Below, one piece after another: positions 24,406-39,904 of a stretch of 64,000 nucleotides of DNA. Source of the DNA: Malacoraja senta (taxonomy: Eukaryota). Below the pieces are notes generated by a model, which did not search any database, was not told the origin of the DNA, and saw only the letters and a program-made list of their open reading frames with translations. Each line of letters begins with the position of its first letter. The stretch's first letter is position 1. The translations under genes and the position numbers were made by a program. The stretch lies in contig CM075989.1 of NCBI GenBank assembly GCA_038087875.1, positions 1,612,001 through 1,676,000 on the forward strand. The letters are read 5' to 3'.

Positions 24406-27403
24406 TGTGTGACTTGGGTCTGGCCAGTGATCTCACCTCCACTGCTCAGACTCCTGGCCATCGGACCAAGACCTCAGTCCATTAGGGCTGTCCATTGACA
24501 TGCGCAGGCCACTGTGCATTAAATGAATCCATGCAGGAGGTGGCACGATGGTGCGGCGGTAAAGTTGTTGCCTTACGGTGCTTTCAGTCTCAGACCGCGA
24601 GTTCAATCGCAAATACATCTGTACGGAGTTTGTACGTTCTCCCCGTAACTGCGCGGGTTTTCCCCGAGAGCTTCGGTTTCCTCCCACACTCCAAAGCCGT
24701 ACAGGTTTGTAGGTTAATTGGCTTGGTATAAATGTAAATTGTCCCTAGTGTGTGGAGGGCAGTGTTAATGTGTGGTGATCACTGGTCGGCATGGGCTCGG
24801 TGGGCCGAACGGCCTGTTTCCGCGCTGTATCTCTAAGCTAAACTAAACTAAACAGTGACTCCTTCTGTTCCTTAGAGCGGGAGCAGGAACAGGTCGTTTC
24901 CCAGCCCTGACAGACTGCATGAGAAGAACCTTGCAGCTGCCACACTCCCTCACTATCTGCTTTGAAGATAATGATTGCTGCAGCCATCCAGCAGCCATCA
25001 GCCTTTGCCTGAAGTCGCTCAATGGTGAGCTTATTAAATCGTTTTCCGTTGAAAGCTGATGCCCACTGGAGTGTTTCAAGCAAAGAACATGATTTTCATC
25101 TAAAGCCTGGCAATGAGTGACCTTTCCACAGGCACGATTTGAGGGCTGTTATCCTTGACTATTAAGCAAAGAGTGTAGCTGAAGTGAAACCTCATTTCAA
25201 AGTCACTACATCATGGATTACTTTCGTTTTTTAGTTTAGAGATGCAGCGTGGCAAAACAGGCCCTTCGGTCCACTGAGTCCGCACCAACCAGCGATCCCC
25301 GCACACTAACACCATCCTACACACACCAGGGCCAATTTTCAATTATACCAAGCCAATTAACCTGTACGTCTTTAGAGTTTGGGAGGAAACCGGAGATCCC
25401 GAGGGAAAACCAACGCAGGTCACAGTGAGAACGTACAAACTCCTTACAGACAGCACCCATAGTCAGGATCGAACCTGGGTCTCTGGCGCTGTGAGGCAGC
25501 AACGCTACCGCTGCGCCACCGTGCACCCTATAGTATGTGCGGTTGCTCACTGGGGCAGGCGGAGCTGCTGAGTTTGACTCGGGCTCCATCACCTCCCTTG
25601 CTGCTTCCTCCTTTACATTCCCTTCTCCCAATCCATGTCTGCAGTGATGATCAAGCTTCTTCTGATAATTTTAAGCAAACGGTTGGTGAAAGGCCGTAGA
25701 TAATCAAAACATATATAATAAGGATCTGAGGGGTAACGTTTACACAGAAAGGGTGGTGGTATAATAATTCAGTGGGTCAAGCAGTGGCTGTTGAAGCAGA
25801 AAATGTACGTTGAGTTACATTGTCGAGTTCTTGCATGAAAAAGTTGGTTTGCCTGGTTTTAATGAGGAATTGAGGCAATTGTTGAAAGGCTCGGTGAATG
25901 AGTGTTGTCTCAAAGGAGGAGAGAGAGGCAGGCAGGTGTGATGAGAAAGCCCAGAGTTGGTCGAGTGCAGATACCTCAGAAAGTTAAACTGTTGATGGAG
26001 GTTGCAGGCACTGGTGAAGGTGAAGAAAGGATTTTCAGATGAATGCAACAGAAGCATTGTTTTTCCCACCAGCCTGGTGTGAGGCAGAGCGGGAGCTTGG
26101 AAACATTGGCAGCTGGTAAACGCCAGGCAGATGTGCCTTAGAGTAGTGTGGAGGTAACACACAGGTAGCTGCTTATTGTGTAGAAAGCAACTGTAGATGC
26201 TGGTATGTATCCAAGATTGACACAGAGTGTTGTAGTTACTCAGCCAGTCAGGCAGCATCTCTGGAGAAAAAAACGATGGGTGACGTTTCGGGTCGGGACC
26301 CTTCTTCGGTCTGAAAGTAGACGGGAGGGAACTGGAGGTAGGAAGAAGCCAGAACAAATCAGGGCCGGCAACAGATGACCAAGGCAGGGTGGAGCCCACA
26401 ATGGCCCATTGTTGGCTGGGTTCTCTGGAACCACTCTCACTCTCACTCTCTGTCCTGTGTAAGTCTGGCACGGCGGCTGCAGGGGTAGAGTTGCAGCTTT
26501 ACAGCACCTGCAGCACCGGAGACCCCGGTTCAATCCCCACTATGAGTGTGTAGTATGGAGTTTGTACCCTCTCCCTGTGGCTTTACTCCAAGATCTTCGG
26601 TTTACTCCCACACTCCAAAGACAAGCAGGTTTGTAGATTAATTGGCTTGGTACCATTTTTTTTTTAAATTGCCCATTGTGTGTGTAGGATGGTGTTAATG
26701 TGTGGGGATCACTGGTTGGTGCGGACTCGGTGGGCCGAAGGGCCTGTTTCCACACTGTATCTAAAGGTAGTCAGAATGCTGGCCACTAATACTAACAACC
26801 AACTATGGGCGAGACTCTGTCACCCAGAGACTGTGACCCAGCTCAACCAGTGCATTGATTTCAATATCTTAATGTGCTGATGCTCAAAATCGATGGAGAA
26901 AGTGGATTGAGCTGCGAACAGTTACCAAATGATGAAAAGTAGAGAGCTCGCGTGACGGGAATCTATTTCAACTGCCGAGAGCCCCAGCTGGGAAAGCAAT
27001 TGCATCCATATCATAAATAAAGTGGGAGCAAAAAAACTACAAGTGCTGGAAATCTAACATGAAATGAGAAGATGATGGAAATAATTGGCAGGTGAATTGG
27101 GAAGAGAAATGGGGAAAAGAGGTCACATTGGGAGCTGATGTATTATCATCAGAACTGGGCAACATGAGATGTCCAACATGTTTTAAGTTGTGTAGCAAGG
27201 AACTGCAGATGCTGATTTATACCATAGATAGACACTAAACGCTGGAGTAGTTCAGCAGGGTCAGGCAGCATCTGTGGACAGAATGAAGAAGGACTGTTTT
27301 GGGTTGAAACCTTCCTTCAGTTTCTTCAGTAGTTGCACTTCTGTGGTGTGATGTAATGCTCACACAACACACCGATATTCTGCAGTGTGTTCAAGCTAGT
27401 TAA

Positions 27404-27411
27404 TCTATCTC

Positions 27412-27498
<87 letters not shown>

Positions 27499-27500
27499 CT
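27404..27500. repeat. (TATC)n microsatellite
   Basis: Directly visible. Confidence 0.95.
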
Positions 27501-27508
27501 AAAACTAT

Positions 27509-30248
27509 AATAGTAAGATTAAACGAGAACTTACCAGTTTGAAGTTTGATCCTTATTTTATGAGGAGTTGCGATGAGCGATTACGTGAAGAGCCCGCCAG
27601 TCCAGCTTGCGCGTCAATCTTCAAAGCAGCGGTGTGAAATCACAGATAACAGTTGTTGAAGTGAACATAGTAAGATTAGAGAAACTAGAAATACCAGCTG
27701 ACCTTTATGAGAGAGGGTTGGGAGCGGAGGGCACGTAATCCCTCATCGCAACTCCTCATAAAATAAAGATCAAACTTCAAACTGGTAAGTCCAGGCGTCA
27801 CACACTGCATCAGTTGACCAAGGATGATTGAACATTAATAATGCATTCAGACATGACATAGATATAGACATGTTGATGCTTTTTAATGAACAAATAATAA
27901 CAATAGTAACCCCTCTCACCCGGGAGGAAACTATAAAACAGAACCTAAAATAGAGTTGGCAATACCCCTGATCTGGCAATGGGTTTGTTATAAATGTTTG
28001 GAAGATCGTTCGTTTGACCATCCTGCAGCCGCTAGGATGTGGTCCAGCGGAACGTCCACTGCTGATGTTGTTGCAGCCCTAGTGGAGTGAATTTGAAAAT
28101 ATTAGTATCTACTCCTGCATAAGCCAAAACCCGTTTTGACCACCTGGAGATGGTCTGGATTGATATTTTTTATGAGGTTTTTAGTAACTAACAATCATTG
28201 CTAGTGCAGAGCCTCTAAGGCTCTAGGTGACCTTGATGTATTATTGTCAATGTGTGACCGCACACAACCAAAGGTCCATGGGGTATGCCATGAGAAATTT
28301 TTGGAACCTAACGCCCCTGGTCTGCTCTAACTACTTTGTAAGTGAGTTGACCAGGGATAAAGATGTAGCTGGGCCCTACTGTTGAAGCAGTTTAAGAACA
28401 AAGCTAACATCCCATATCTCCGAGTACCTGGGCGAATTTGCGTTAAAGATATCCTTATAAATCTGGATATCAGAGGGTGAGACGCAACAGAGTGGGTCCC
28501 GAATGCTGCAGCAACTATGATGAGGAAGCACGTTGGCACAGTAATTGTACTATCATTTAATCCATTGTCAAAGACCCATCTGAAAATGAACTCCGAGACG
28601 TTAGTTATCCATGCCGTATTATATGTAGTTAGCATTGAAACAAACACTTCCCATCTGCTGATGAGGAAAAATGTGCTGCTTTCTCAGTGCTATCCCTGCA
28701 CTCTGCAGTGAGCACATACATAGATCGGTCTGGCAACCCGAGCCGCAGAATGGTCTTCTCAGAGTCTGCAAGTCTATAAATGGATTTTATCATGAAGAGG
28801 ATGGTTTCCCCAGTCATGGGGTGAACCACCAAACTTTTTGTGTTTAGGATAACCATATAAGGTCCTATAATCATTCCCAACATTTAGCGGGAACCATGGC
28901 TGCATAAGCTAGTCAGGCAGTACGAATGCGTGAGGCGAGATCTTGCTGGATTTTCGAGAATACACCTATTTCCACTGTGCCACATATTTTTGCAATGGTG
29001 ATGGAGCCTGGATGCAAATCTTATTGATATTCGGTGTTCCATCGAAGCACATGTTGTCATGGATTTTACGTGATGATACACTTAGTGTCTTATAGATAGT
29101 TGATACCATATAACCGAAAATAGGTAACTCATGCAAAGCCCATCTGCCTCCGTAACTAGATGGTATTCGGACTGACAGGGTACATGGATTCCATATTTTT
29201 CCTGAGACTGGCTGCCAAACAGTTCATTTTGTTGGCTACAGTGAACCGCTACTGCCGATGGAGGCGTGGGGTGTATTGTTGCCGAAATGATGAGGCTGTA
29301 CTCATAGTTCGACAGCTTTAGCTCCCTCATGCAGGTCTCACCTGTTGAATAGGTTTACCTGAAGAGAAGATTCGGCGGCTGGTTCCCTGGGTCCATGCCT
29401 CTCCAACGTCACCCCTGATAGCGCTGTTCACTGCCGGCACTTTCAGGAACTCCAGTATGTGCCACGGATATACACCGAGTTTTGGAGTCAGTTACACACT
29501 GACCCCGACTGCTCCCCTGCTCAGAGAGGGAGGCAGTGTTGCAGCCCTGCAGTGCTGTTGTCTGTGAGCCCTGCAGAGACCCGCGGTGATATAACTCCCT
29601 CCTTGGAGCATACTATTGTGGAGCACCTCCCCATCAGGTGCTCCATGTGGGTTAGACGTCCGAAGAACGTTACCCACTGAAGGAGGGAATTCTCTCCATT
29701 ATGAATCTTCCTGACCCAACTTGTTTGGGTCAACGGGCTGTACAGTCTTTCTTTGTGGCTACCCTCCAAGCGGGTTTGCCAAAGTGTTGCTGGCACCAAT
29801 CTGAAGCCGCTGGCTCCACTGCCAGCGACTCGGAAGGCGAATTTGACCGCCGCCGCTACCCGCATTTCTGCGGTCTCTGTAGCCGGTTCCTGCGGTCTGG
29901 GGGCGGGATTCCCCTCGTTCTGTGGCCAGACTTCCCCGCGAATCTGTGGTCGGGCTTCCCCGAGGTCGTGACCGAGATTCCCCATGGTCCGCGACTGGGA
30001 CGCAGTCCATAAAGGTTTCCCCGCGGCCCTTCACCTTCGCCCCAAAATCCAGCAGGAACTCTATAAAAGAGATTCCTGCAGAGAAACCTAACCTGGAAAG
30101 TTAAAACCTTACCTGTAGGTTTCACTTACCGCTGGCAGAAGCAGCGCACCTGCCAGTCAGCCATTTGCGCAATGTGGATGACGTAATGACGCGCAAGCTG
30201 GACTGGCGGGCTCTTCATGTAGTCACTCACGTGACTCCGAAGTAAAAT
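27509..30248 (-). mobile_element. Second DIRS1-like element, internally deleted (2.74 kb)
   Basis: Same termini as 5677-11597 (AATAGTAAGATTAAACGAG ... GTCACTCACGTGACTCCGAAGTAAAAT), ITRs and a half ICR at 27732-27790. YR remnants (IQTISRW, HSTRAA, SHPLISRFIR) plus MT and gag traces; no RT YxDD found. Confidence 0.9.
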
Positions 30249-30980
30249 CGTGTGCTCTTCCAGTTTGCACGGTTTTCCTATTTGCGCAAAAGCAGTACGC
30301 GATAGTGCTACCATTTTTCGCCAGCTCACTCGCCGTTCTCCTGTGCTGCGAGTGCAACAAGTTTTGTTCTGATCGGTGGTATATTGTAAAGGTAAGCGAG
30401 GTTTAAAAATCTTTAAAAACGTGCGTGCGCAGATTCTTTCTCCTGTCAGTCAATGCCACGGCCGGGATGGCGACGCCCCTTCCTGCCCCACCGGCGGCGT
30501 CCTGTCCCACCTCACTCACAAACTCCTCTCTCCCCTCCTCACAGTAACCTGTCTATCGTGTCCCCTACCACCAGCGACGGCTGCGGGGGGGGGGGGGGGT
30601 GGGGTTCGGTGGAGGCCCAGTGGTCCTGTCTCTCTCTCCCTCATCACTCACCCCTCTCCCCCGCCCACCCTCTGCGGCAATGGCGGTCCCGTCTACCCGT
30701 CCCCTCGAGTCCGTCTCCTCCGCCGCTGCGGTAACTCACCCTCACGGCCTACTTGGAGATCTTCTCCACCGGCTCATCGAAACTCCTGGTGCCCACCATG
30801 ACAAACACCAACTCCATCCCCTCCCTCGGTCCGACCCGGCGGCAACAGTGAGCAGGCAGGCAGGTAGATGGGTGGACAGGACGGGGACGGGCCGAGCAGT
30901 GGCTGAGCCGGAGTGGGCAGAGGGAGCGAGGGAGATTCGGGTTTCTGGGTGGCTGAGCAGTTTGCGCGGAGTTTGAGTAA

Positions 30981-31183
<203 letters not shown>

Positions 31184-31981
31184 TGTGATAAATGTCAATC
31201 CCAAGAAGCTACTATAGCGCACTCATTCGTCTTCTGTACAAAAATCCAAAAATTTTGGAATGAAATTTTTGAAATCTTTACAAAGTTATTTAAAACAAGA
31301 CTGATACCCAAAGCAGAATGGATTATCTTCGGAATAACGGAAGATGATCCAGAACTAAATGTGTTTCAAAAGAAATTAATGGACTATGGGTTAATAACTG
31401 GAAAAAAGCTAATTCTAAAATTTTGGAAGAAGGCTCCAATACCAACTATAAATATGTGGATTTCAAATATGTTTGAAACACTACACCTAGAAGAGATAAG
31501 ACTCCTCCTAGCAGGTAAACCAGATCACTTCCACCTGACGTGGTCTGCATTTATAGAATTATTACAAACATAGGGTGCAAAAGTACTTTAAAAAAAATAA
31601 AAAATTGAGGTCGGGTAAGGGGGGATGATAGTTGAAGAGTTGGTATGTCCTATTTATGTAATGCTCAAAAAAATATATTTTTTTCTTTTTTTTTTCCTCT
31701 CCTTTTTCTCTTTTTTTTTCCTAGGGCCTATTTCTTAACTCTTTTTCTTTTGTTTTTAATTTCGCTCTTATAGGGTCCTCGTCCTTTTTTGTTGTTACAT
31801 TTTCTACACTTTTCTACACTTTCACTTTTTCCTTCACTTTCTTCTCTCTTTCAATCTTTTCCTTTTTTAGTGTAAAAAAAATAAAAATAAAGGGAGTACA
31901 TTAATTGTAAGAAGATACAAATGACGAGTATTAATGTATGTGGTTGTAATGTAATGTACTTCTAATAAATAAAAATTAAAA

Positions 31982-31985
<4 letters not shown>
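31184..31985 (+). mobile_element. L1-clade LINE 3' fragment
   Basis: CDKCQSQEATIAHSF cysteine motif, ITGKKLILKFWK, a pyrimidine-rich 3' UTR, AATAAA and an A-rich tail. Same family as 61669-63305. Confidence 0.85.
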
Positions 31986-32029
<44 letters not shown>

Positions 32030-32052
32030 ATACACACACACGCACACACACT

Positions 32053-32133
<81 letters not shown>

Positions 32134-32138
32134 ACACT

Positions 32139-32289
<151 letters not shown>

Positions 32290-35267
32290 TGCAAACTGGT
32301 CCAATCGTCACTAACTCCACCCCATTATAACATTTATACTAACGCCCATTCCCAGCACCGTTAGTTGAAGCAGCCAGGATGAACTGACAACTCGTTTTGT
32401 AATGCTGCCAAGTTACTGTGCTGATTCAAGATGTGTGTAAATCTTATACAGTTTGATGTGATTTACACACATCTTTAATCAGCACAGACCACCGCCTGCT
32501 GATCCCTATGCTCCGCCGCTCCAGTTCCAGCCGCCTTCCGCAATGTCTCCCGCCCGTCCCCGCATGCCTGGCACCCCCCCACGTCCCTCTGTCTCCACTA
32601 ACCACGGGGTTTCACCCACCGCATGTTTCCCCCCTCGGTCACAACAATCCTCTCCCGTGCGATTTTCACCTTCAGCCTCTCCGCCTAATCCTTCAGTTGA
32701 GGGAGGGGATGGTTGGGTCCGCACGCGCTCGGGCCGTGTTAGTAGACCACCAGACAGGTATGGCGAGTATGTTTAATACACTTCCTTTCCACATTTAATC
32801 TATAGGGGGAAAGATGTAGATTGATGATGCATGTGAATCAATCACACTTAGCCAGCATCACTAACTCCACCCCATTATAACATTTATACTAACGCCCATT
32901 CCCAGCACCGTTAGTTGAAGCAGCTAGGATGTACTGACAACACTGCGTTTTGTAATGCTGCCAAGTTACTGTGCTGATTAAAGATGTGTATAAATCTTAC
33001 ACAGTTTGATGAGATTTACAAACGGGATCTAAACCACAGCTAACAGTGGAGGAAGGAACTGCAGATGCTGCTTTTTATGGATGGAGGGAGGGAGGGAGGG
33101 AGGGAGAGGTGAGGGAGGGATTGGGGGAGGGGAGGAGGAGAGGGGAAAGAAGAGGGAGGGTGAAGAGGAGGGGGAGCGAGTGCTGGGGGATGAGGGGAAA
33201 TGAGCCTCGCCTGCGCAGTTGGGGGCTATGCATGAGTGGTGCAATATTGCGTTGGGGGAACGGGTTGCGTTGGGGGACCAGGCCTCCTGTGTGACAGGGA
33301 CCCAATGGGTCCCACTGAGTCTAGTACATTTTTAAATTGTTTAGTTACTTCTGTAATGTATAGGAAAATAGGAGTCGATTTGTATCAAGCATGTTGGCAT
33401 AGCTGGATGAATCAGATGGCATTGTGATCTTCCTTAGTCAGTGTCTGCCGGGGCATTAATACACACTCGTGTGCACAGAACTGCAGGTTTCAATTGCATG
33501 AAATAACTTTTTTAGTTTAGAGATGCAGCATGGAAACAGGCCCTTCGGCCCACCGAGTCCGTGCCGACCAGTGATCCCCGCACACTAACACTAGGGACAA
33601 TTTACAATTTTACCAAGCCAATTACCCTACAAACCTGTACGTCTTTGGAGTGCGGGAGGAAACCGGAGCACCCGAAGAAAACCCGGGCAGGTCACAAGGA
33701 AAATGTATAAACTCTGTACAGACAGCACCCATAGTCAAGTTTGAACTTGGGTCTTTGGCTCTGTAACGCAGCAACTCTACCGCTGCACTACCATGCCACC
33801 CTTAAGTTGCCACTGCTCAGCTTTGCATGTTTTATTTGCATGAAATCACTCTCCAGCAAGCCCAGAGAAGGCAGCAAGGTGCCTTGCACAGCACCACCTC
33901 AACACATACAGTATACACAAGCTCACCAACATTTGAAGGTCACAGGTCCTTGACTTAATATCGCATTTGAATGGTGGTATCTTTCACTAACTTGCAGGTT
34001 TTCCCCTGGACGTTCCCCTTCTCACTTGCAAAGTGCTGGTAGTGTTCAGTCTGTGCTAGTGACACAGCTGAGGTGACCCCAATGCACTTCCACTTTCTCC
34101 CCCAGTGCAGCTTTGACGTGATACATGATGGCAGCAGGCTTCATTAGCAACCTGTGTAGCAGCGCTCGGCTCAGTGTGTGAGTGGTGGCTGGCATGAATG
34201 TCAGAGCGTTCACAGTCAGCACGGCTTCTCCAGCCCACTGAACACAGCATTATCCCCTGAGCCAGGCCCATTTCTCATTGGGGAATGCCACATATATCAG
34301 CATTCTCCTTAAACTGGCAACACAGCATCCTGCTGAACAATAGACTGGCATCAGCTGTCCAATGCCACCTAGGAAGCCGGCTGACATGCTCCAATACTGC
34401 TTTGTATTAACCACACTGGTGCAGCACGGGTTATATCTCATCACATCATTGTCCAGTACTGGGAGGCAGTGATGTCTTTGTCTTTGCACAAACAGCTCGG
34501 TGTCAGTTTCTGTCAGCTTTCCACTTCATGGCCCATTTGAATGAGGTTCAGGAGCAGGTTGCCTGAGTCTTTGCGCTCACTGGGACATCCACCAGGTCCA
34601 CCTCAGTTACATGTTTCTACTCTGACCCCTAATATCCATTGGTCAATTGGTTCAATGGTCAATGGTCCAATGGTCACAGGTTCAATAGGTCAATAGGTCA
34701 ATAGGTCAAAGGTCAAAGGTCAATGGCGAATGGTTCAATGGTTCTTTATTATCACAAGTACAGACATACAGTGAAATTCTATTTTTGCATAGTTCAGTAA
34801 AATATCGCCACACAAAAGTACAATCTATGATTAGTATAAAGTGCATCAAAACTGTCCCCTGAAATGGACAGTCACCTCAAGGCATTACATCCGCAAGTGG
34901 TGCAGGCTATGGCCATCCAGGGGGCCGGAAGGTGCTCTGTACTGACACCCCTCCCACAGCCCCATTCTCACGGTCACTTACACAAATGAATTAATTTAAA
35001 TAATTTAAAACAAATTAGAAATCAATTAAGAAATTCAAGAATTATAAATATCATGTATTAAAAAATACATGATATTTATCGGTTTAAAAAAGAATCAATT
35101 AATGTAATGCCTGTATTTTCTTTAAAGATTTAAATATTCAGAAATAAACGTAATTCAATATTTTGCTTGTGAGACGCAAGGAACCACTGAAGCTGGTTTA
35201 CAAAAGAAGACAAAAAGCTGGAGTAACTCAGCGGGTCGGGCAGCATCTCTGGAGAAAAGGAATAGGT

Positions 35268-35295
35268 GATGTTTCGGGTCGAGGCCCTTCTTCAG
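35268..35295 (-). ncRNA. Hammerhead-like core in a Penelope-derived repeat (35175-35300)
   Basis: CUGAAGA-AGGGCCUCGACCC-GAAAC-AUC. Confidence 0.5.
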
Positions 35296-37104
35296 ACTTC
35301 CTTCCTACACATACTCATTTCTCAGACTGATGAAGGCCAAATAAGTATAAGGGCAGCACAGTGCCATAGCGGTAGAGTTGCTGCCACGTTCGGTTCTGTT
35401 CATGTTTGCCGTCTGTACGGAGTTTCTCCGTTCTCCCTATGCCAGGTGCTCCGGAATCCTCTCACATTCCAAAGGCGTGCCGATTTGTTGGTTAGTTGGT
35501 TTCTGTAAATTGTCCCTAGTGTGTAGAATAGTGCTAGTGCACGGGCGATCATTGGTCGGCGCAAACTCAGTGGGCCGAAGGGCCTGTTTCCATGCTGTAT
35601 CTCAAGCCCGAGTGCAAGGATAGGGGTTTATAGTAGGTGACACTTTGGGTCGGGACTCTCCTCCCCCCCCACCTCCTTTCTTCCCTGTGCCCCATCTGCA
35701 TTCACACCCGTTTCTCTTCTTCCCCTTCTTCAGTCCTTTTCCACCTATCATTTGTCCCTCTACCTCCACCCCTGGCAATGTGTTCCAGGCCCCCACCACT
35801 CTCTGTGCCCTTTACCCCTCCCACCTTATAGCTATGTGCTCTAGTGTTGGACATTTCCACAGAGCAAAAAAGGTTCTGAATGTCTACCCTATCTGCGCCT
35901 CTCATAATTTGATGTACTTCTATAAAATCTCCCCACAGCCTCCCACGTTACAGAGAAAACATTCCAAGTTCATCCAAGGGTTGTCTTGGACCTGAAGCCC
36001 TCTAATTCAGTCATCATTCTGGTAAACCTTTTCTGCGCCCGCTCCAAAGCCTCCAAACCCTCCCTGTAAATGGCCGACCAGAACTGCACACAAATCTCCA
36101 AATATGACATCATGGAAATTTGGGCAAAGAAATGGCAGACGCTGTTTCATCTGGAAAAGTATGAGGTTGAGTCAAATGTATAAAGAAAATATAGTGTAAA
36201 TTGCAGGACGCTAAGGAGCACTGATGTGCAGATGCATCCTTGGGTACAAGTCTGCACATCATTTGGACCATATCCTACTAGATCTTTCCTATCTCTATAT
36301 CTGAAAAAAATTATTTTAAATGCTGTTGCATTGGCGGCATGGTGGTGCAGCAGTAGAGTTGCTGCCTTATAGCTCCAGAGACCCAGGTTTGAACCTGACT
36401 ACAGGTGCTTGTCTGTAAGGAGTTTATACATTCTCTCTGTAACCTGCGTGGGTCACATAGCATTATCCCGACACACACTAGAACAATTATACAATTTTAC
36501 TGAAGCCAAACAACCTACAAACATGCATGTCTTGTGAGTGTGAGAGGAAACTGGAGCACCTGGAGAAAACCCACGTTGTCACAGGGAGAACTTACAAACT
36601 CCATACAGAGAGCACCCGTGGTCAGGATTCAACCCGGGTCTCTGGCGCTGTGAGGCAGCAACTCCACCGCTGTGTCACCGTGCCTCCCCAATGTTAATGA
36701 TTCTCTATGGAATTGCCAGCGGGATGTGATCTGGCAATGTAGGCAAACTGGGCCTATCCTCACTGGAGTTGGGTGAAAAATGATGCAAACTAGTAGGAGC
36801 GGAGATCATATTGAAGCATATAGGATCCGACAGCGGCTATACATCAAAGACACTGCAAGGATGTTTATGCGATTGAGAAACTCAGATGGCCACAGCATGG
36901 GAGGAGGCCATTCGGCCCATTGTGGCTATGTAAGTACAACCTGAATCATCTGCTCCCCTATACTCCCCACAGCCCTACACATTCTTTCCTTTCAGATGTT
37001 TAACCATCTTCCTCCTGAACACAACAGTTGAATCCTCCTCCACTCTGACCTCTTGCAATGTGTTCCCGAAGCAAACCACTCACTGGGTAAAGATGTTTTT
37101 TTCT

Positions 37105-37480
37105 GGAGGGGGGATCTTATTGAAACTTACTGGATAGTGAAAGGCCTGGAGAGCTGGATGTGGAGAGGATGTTTCCACTAGTGAGAGAGTTTGGGACTCG
37201 TGGTCACAGCCTCAAAATTAAAGGAAGTTCTGTTCGGATGGAGATGAGGAGGAATTTCTTTAGCCAGAGGGTGGTGAATCTGTGGAATTCTTTGCCACTG
37301 AAGGCTGTGGAGGCCGTCAATGGATATTGTTAAAGCAGAGATAGATAGATTCTTGATTAGTACGGGTGTCAGGGGTTATGGGGAGAAGGCAGGAGAATGG
37401 GGTTAGGACTGAAAGATAGATAAGCCATGATTGAATGGTGGAGTAGACTTGATGGGCTGAATGGCCTAATTCTGCTCAGA
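37105..37480 (+). mobile_element. CR1 LINE 3' fragment
   Basis: GDLIETY and FFSQRVVNLWNSLP-type sequence, with a 3' UTR. Confidence 0.85.
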
Positions 37481-38139
37481 ACACTTCTGTCAGGAATCTC
37501 TGTGATAAATCTTATGGTGCCCTTTATTGAGCCATTCCTAGAGTGTGGGGCATTGGACATTTCATGTGCCTGAATTAATGTTTAGTTTAGTTTAGTGATA
37601 TTGCGTGGGAAGATTCTCTCCGGCCCAACAAATCCACACTGTCCATTGATCACACATTCACGCTAGTTCTATGTTATTCCATTTCCCCACTCTCTACACA
37701 CTATGGGCAGTTACAGAGGCCAATTAACCTACAAACCCGCACGTCATTGGGATGTGGGAGGAAACAGGAGCACCTGGAGGAAACCCACATGGTCACAGGA
37801 CGAACATGCAGCAGCAGCACCTGAGATCAGGATCAATCAAATTCTCTGGCACTGTGTCTATCAGCTGTCACATTGTGCTGGCCTTGTGATAATATTTTAT
37901 AAAGTTTCTTGCCCTTTTATTAATTTCCTCTATTTACAAAGCCCAGAATACTAAATGCTTTCTTCACTTTTTCAATCACTTTCAAAAAACTACATCCAAG
38001 AATTCTCTGTACTTGTACCACTTTTATAATTGTGCAGTTGTTGTTTATATTGTTCCTTGTGTAACATTTCACATTTCTCAGCTTTCCCTTTCATCTGCCA
38101 TGTGCAGGCCCATCCTAGCAGCCTGCCTATATCACCTTA

Positions 38140-38830
38140 TCTATATAATTAAAAGTCTCATCTTGACCACTTCCTGTCTGCGCTGTATATTGATTTTAGA
38201 AAAGACGCTACCCTGTATCGCTGTGAATTTTGGCCATCTTACTCACAGTCCTCCTCCACTGTGCCAGCCCCGAGGAGTTTTCCCATCAATGAAAAATAAA
38301 AAAGTTATGAGTGTTTAAACAACATTGAGATCAGCTGATTGGTCCTCTCGCCTGTCAATCACCGCGATGAAGGTAATGCCCCTTCCGGGTAGGCCAGGAC
38401 TATAAAACCCCGGATGCCTAGATGTGAGTCAGTCACTCTGCAAGATCGCGAGGGAGAGGCCACGACTGTCATTCTAAGCTGTGAATCAACTGAACTGTGA
38501 GTCTGCAATGTACTTACAATAAATTATTTGTTAGCCCTTAATGACAATGCCATGAGTTGTTTGGCCTGCTGCCCTGCCTGTGCTTGAAACTGCAATGCTT
38601 TATTAGGTCCGACTGTGTTTGGAAGGAATAAATGCTTTATTAGGTCCGACTGTGTTTTGTCCAAAAGTCCCGCTCATTTTGTGACTACCGCTTAATGGAC
38701 AGGTCGCGCTGATTGCATAATTTCCGGTAAGGGCAGAGGTCACGCTGATTGCAGAAATGCCGCTGACTGCGGAAGCACCACAGTGGAGAGCCCCTCAGCC
38801 GTGTGAGTAGATTTAAGAAAGTTTATTGTC
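38140..38830 (+). mobile_element. 5' part of a second non-autonomous Helitron-like element; 3' end not found
   Basis: A|TCTATATAATTAAAAG start and similarity to 30246-30420. Runs into a (TG)n tract and the gap. Confidence 0.55.
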
Positions 38831-38838
38831 ATATATAT

Positions 38839-39904
<1,066 letters not shown>

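Noticed and set aside
25815..26471. 218-aa minus-strand ORF
   Set aside because: It runs through a Penelope-type short repeat and decayed sequence, with no domain signature.
34000..34620. Non-repetitive-looking, balanced-GC stretch that could be an exon or an old element (also 15200-15550, 18290-18505, 50650-51100)
   Set aside because: No sustained frame, splice pair or recognisable motif. Conservation or RNA-seq data would be needed.
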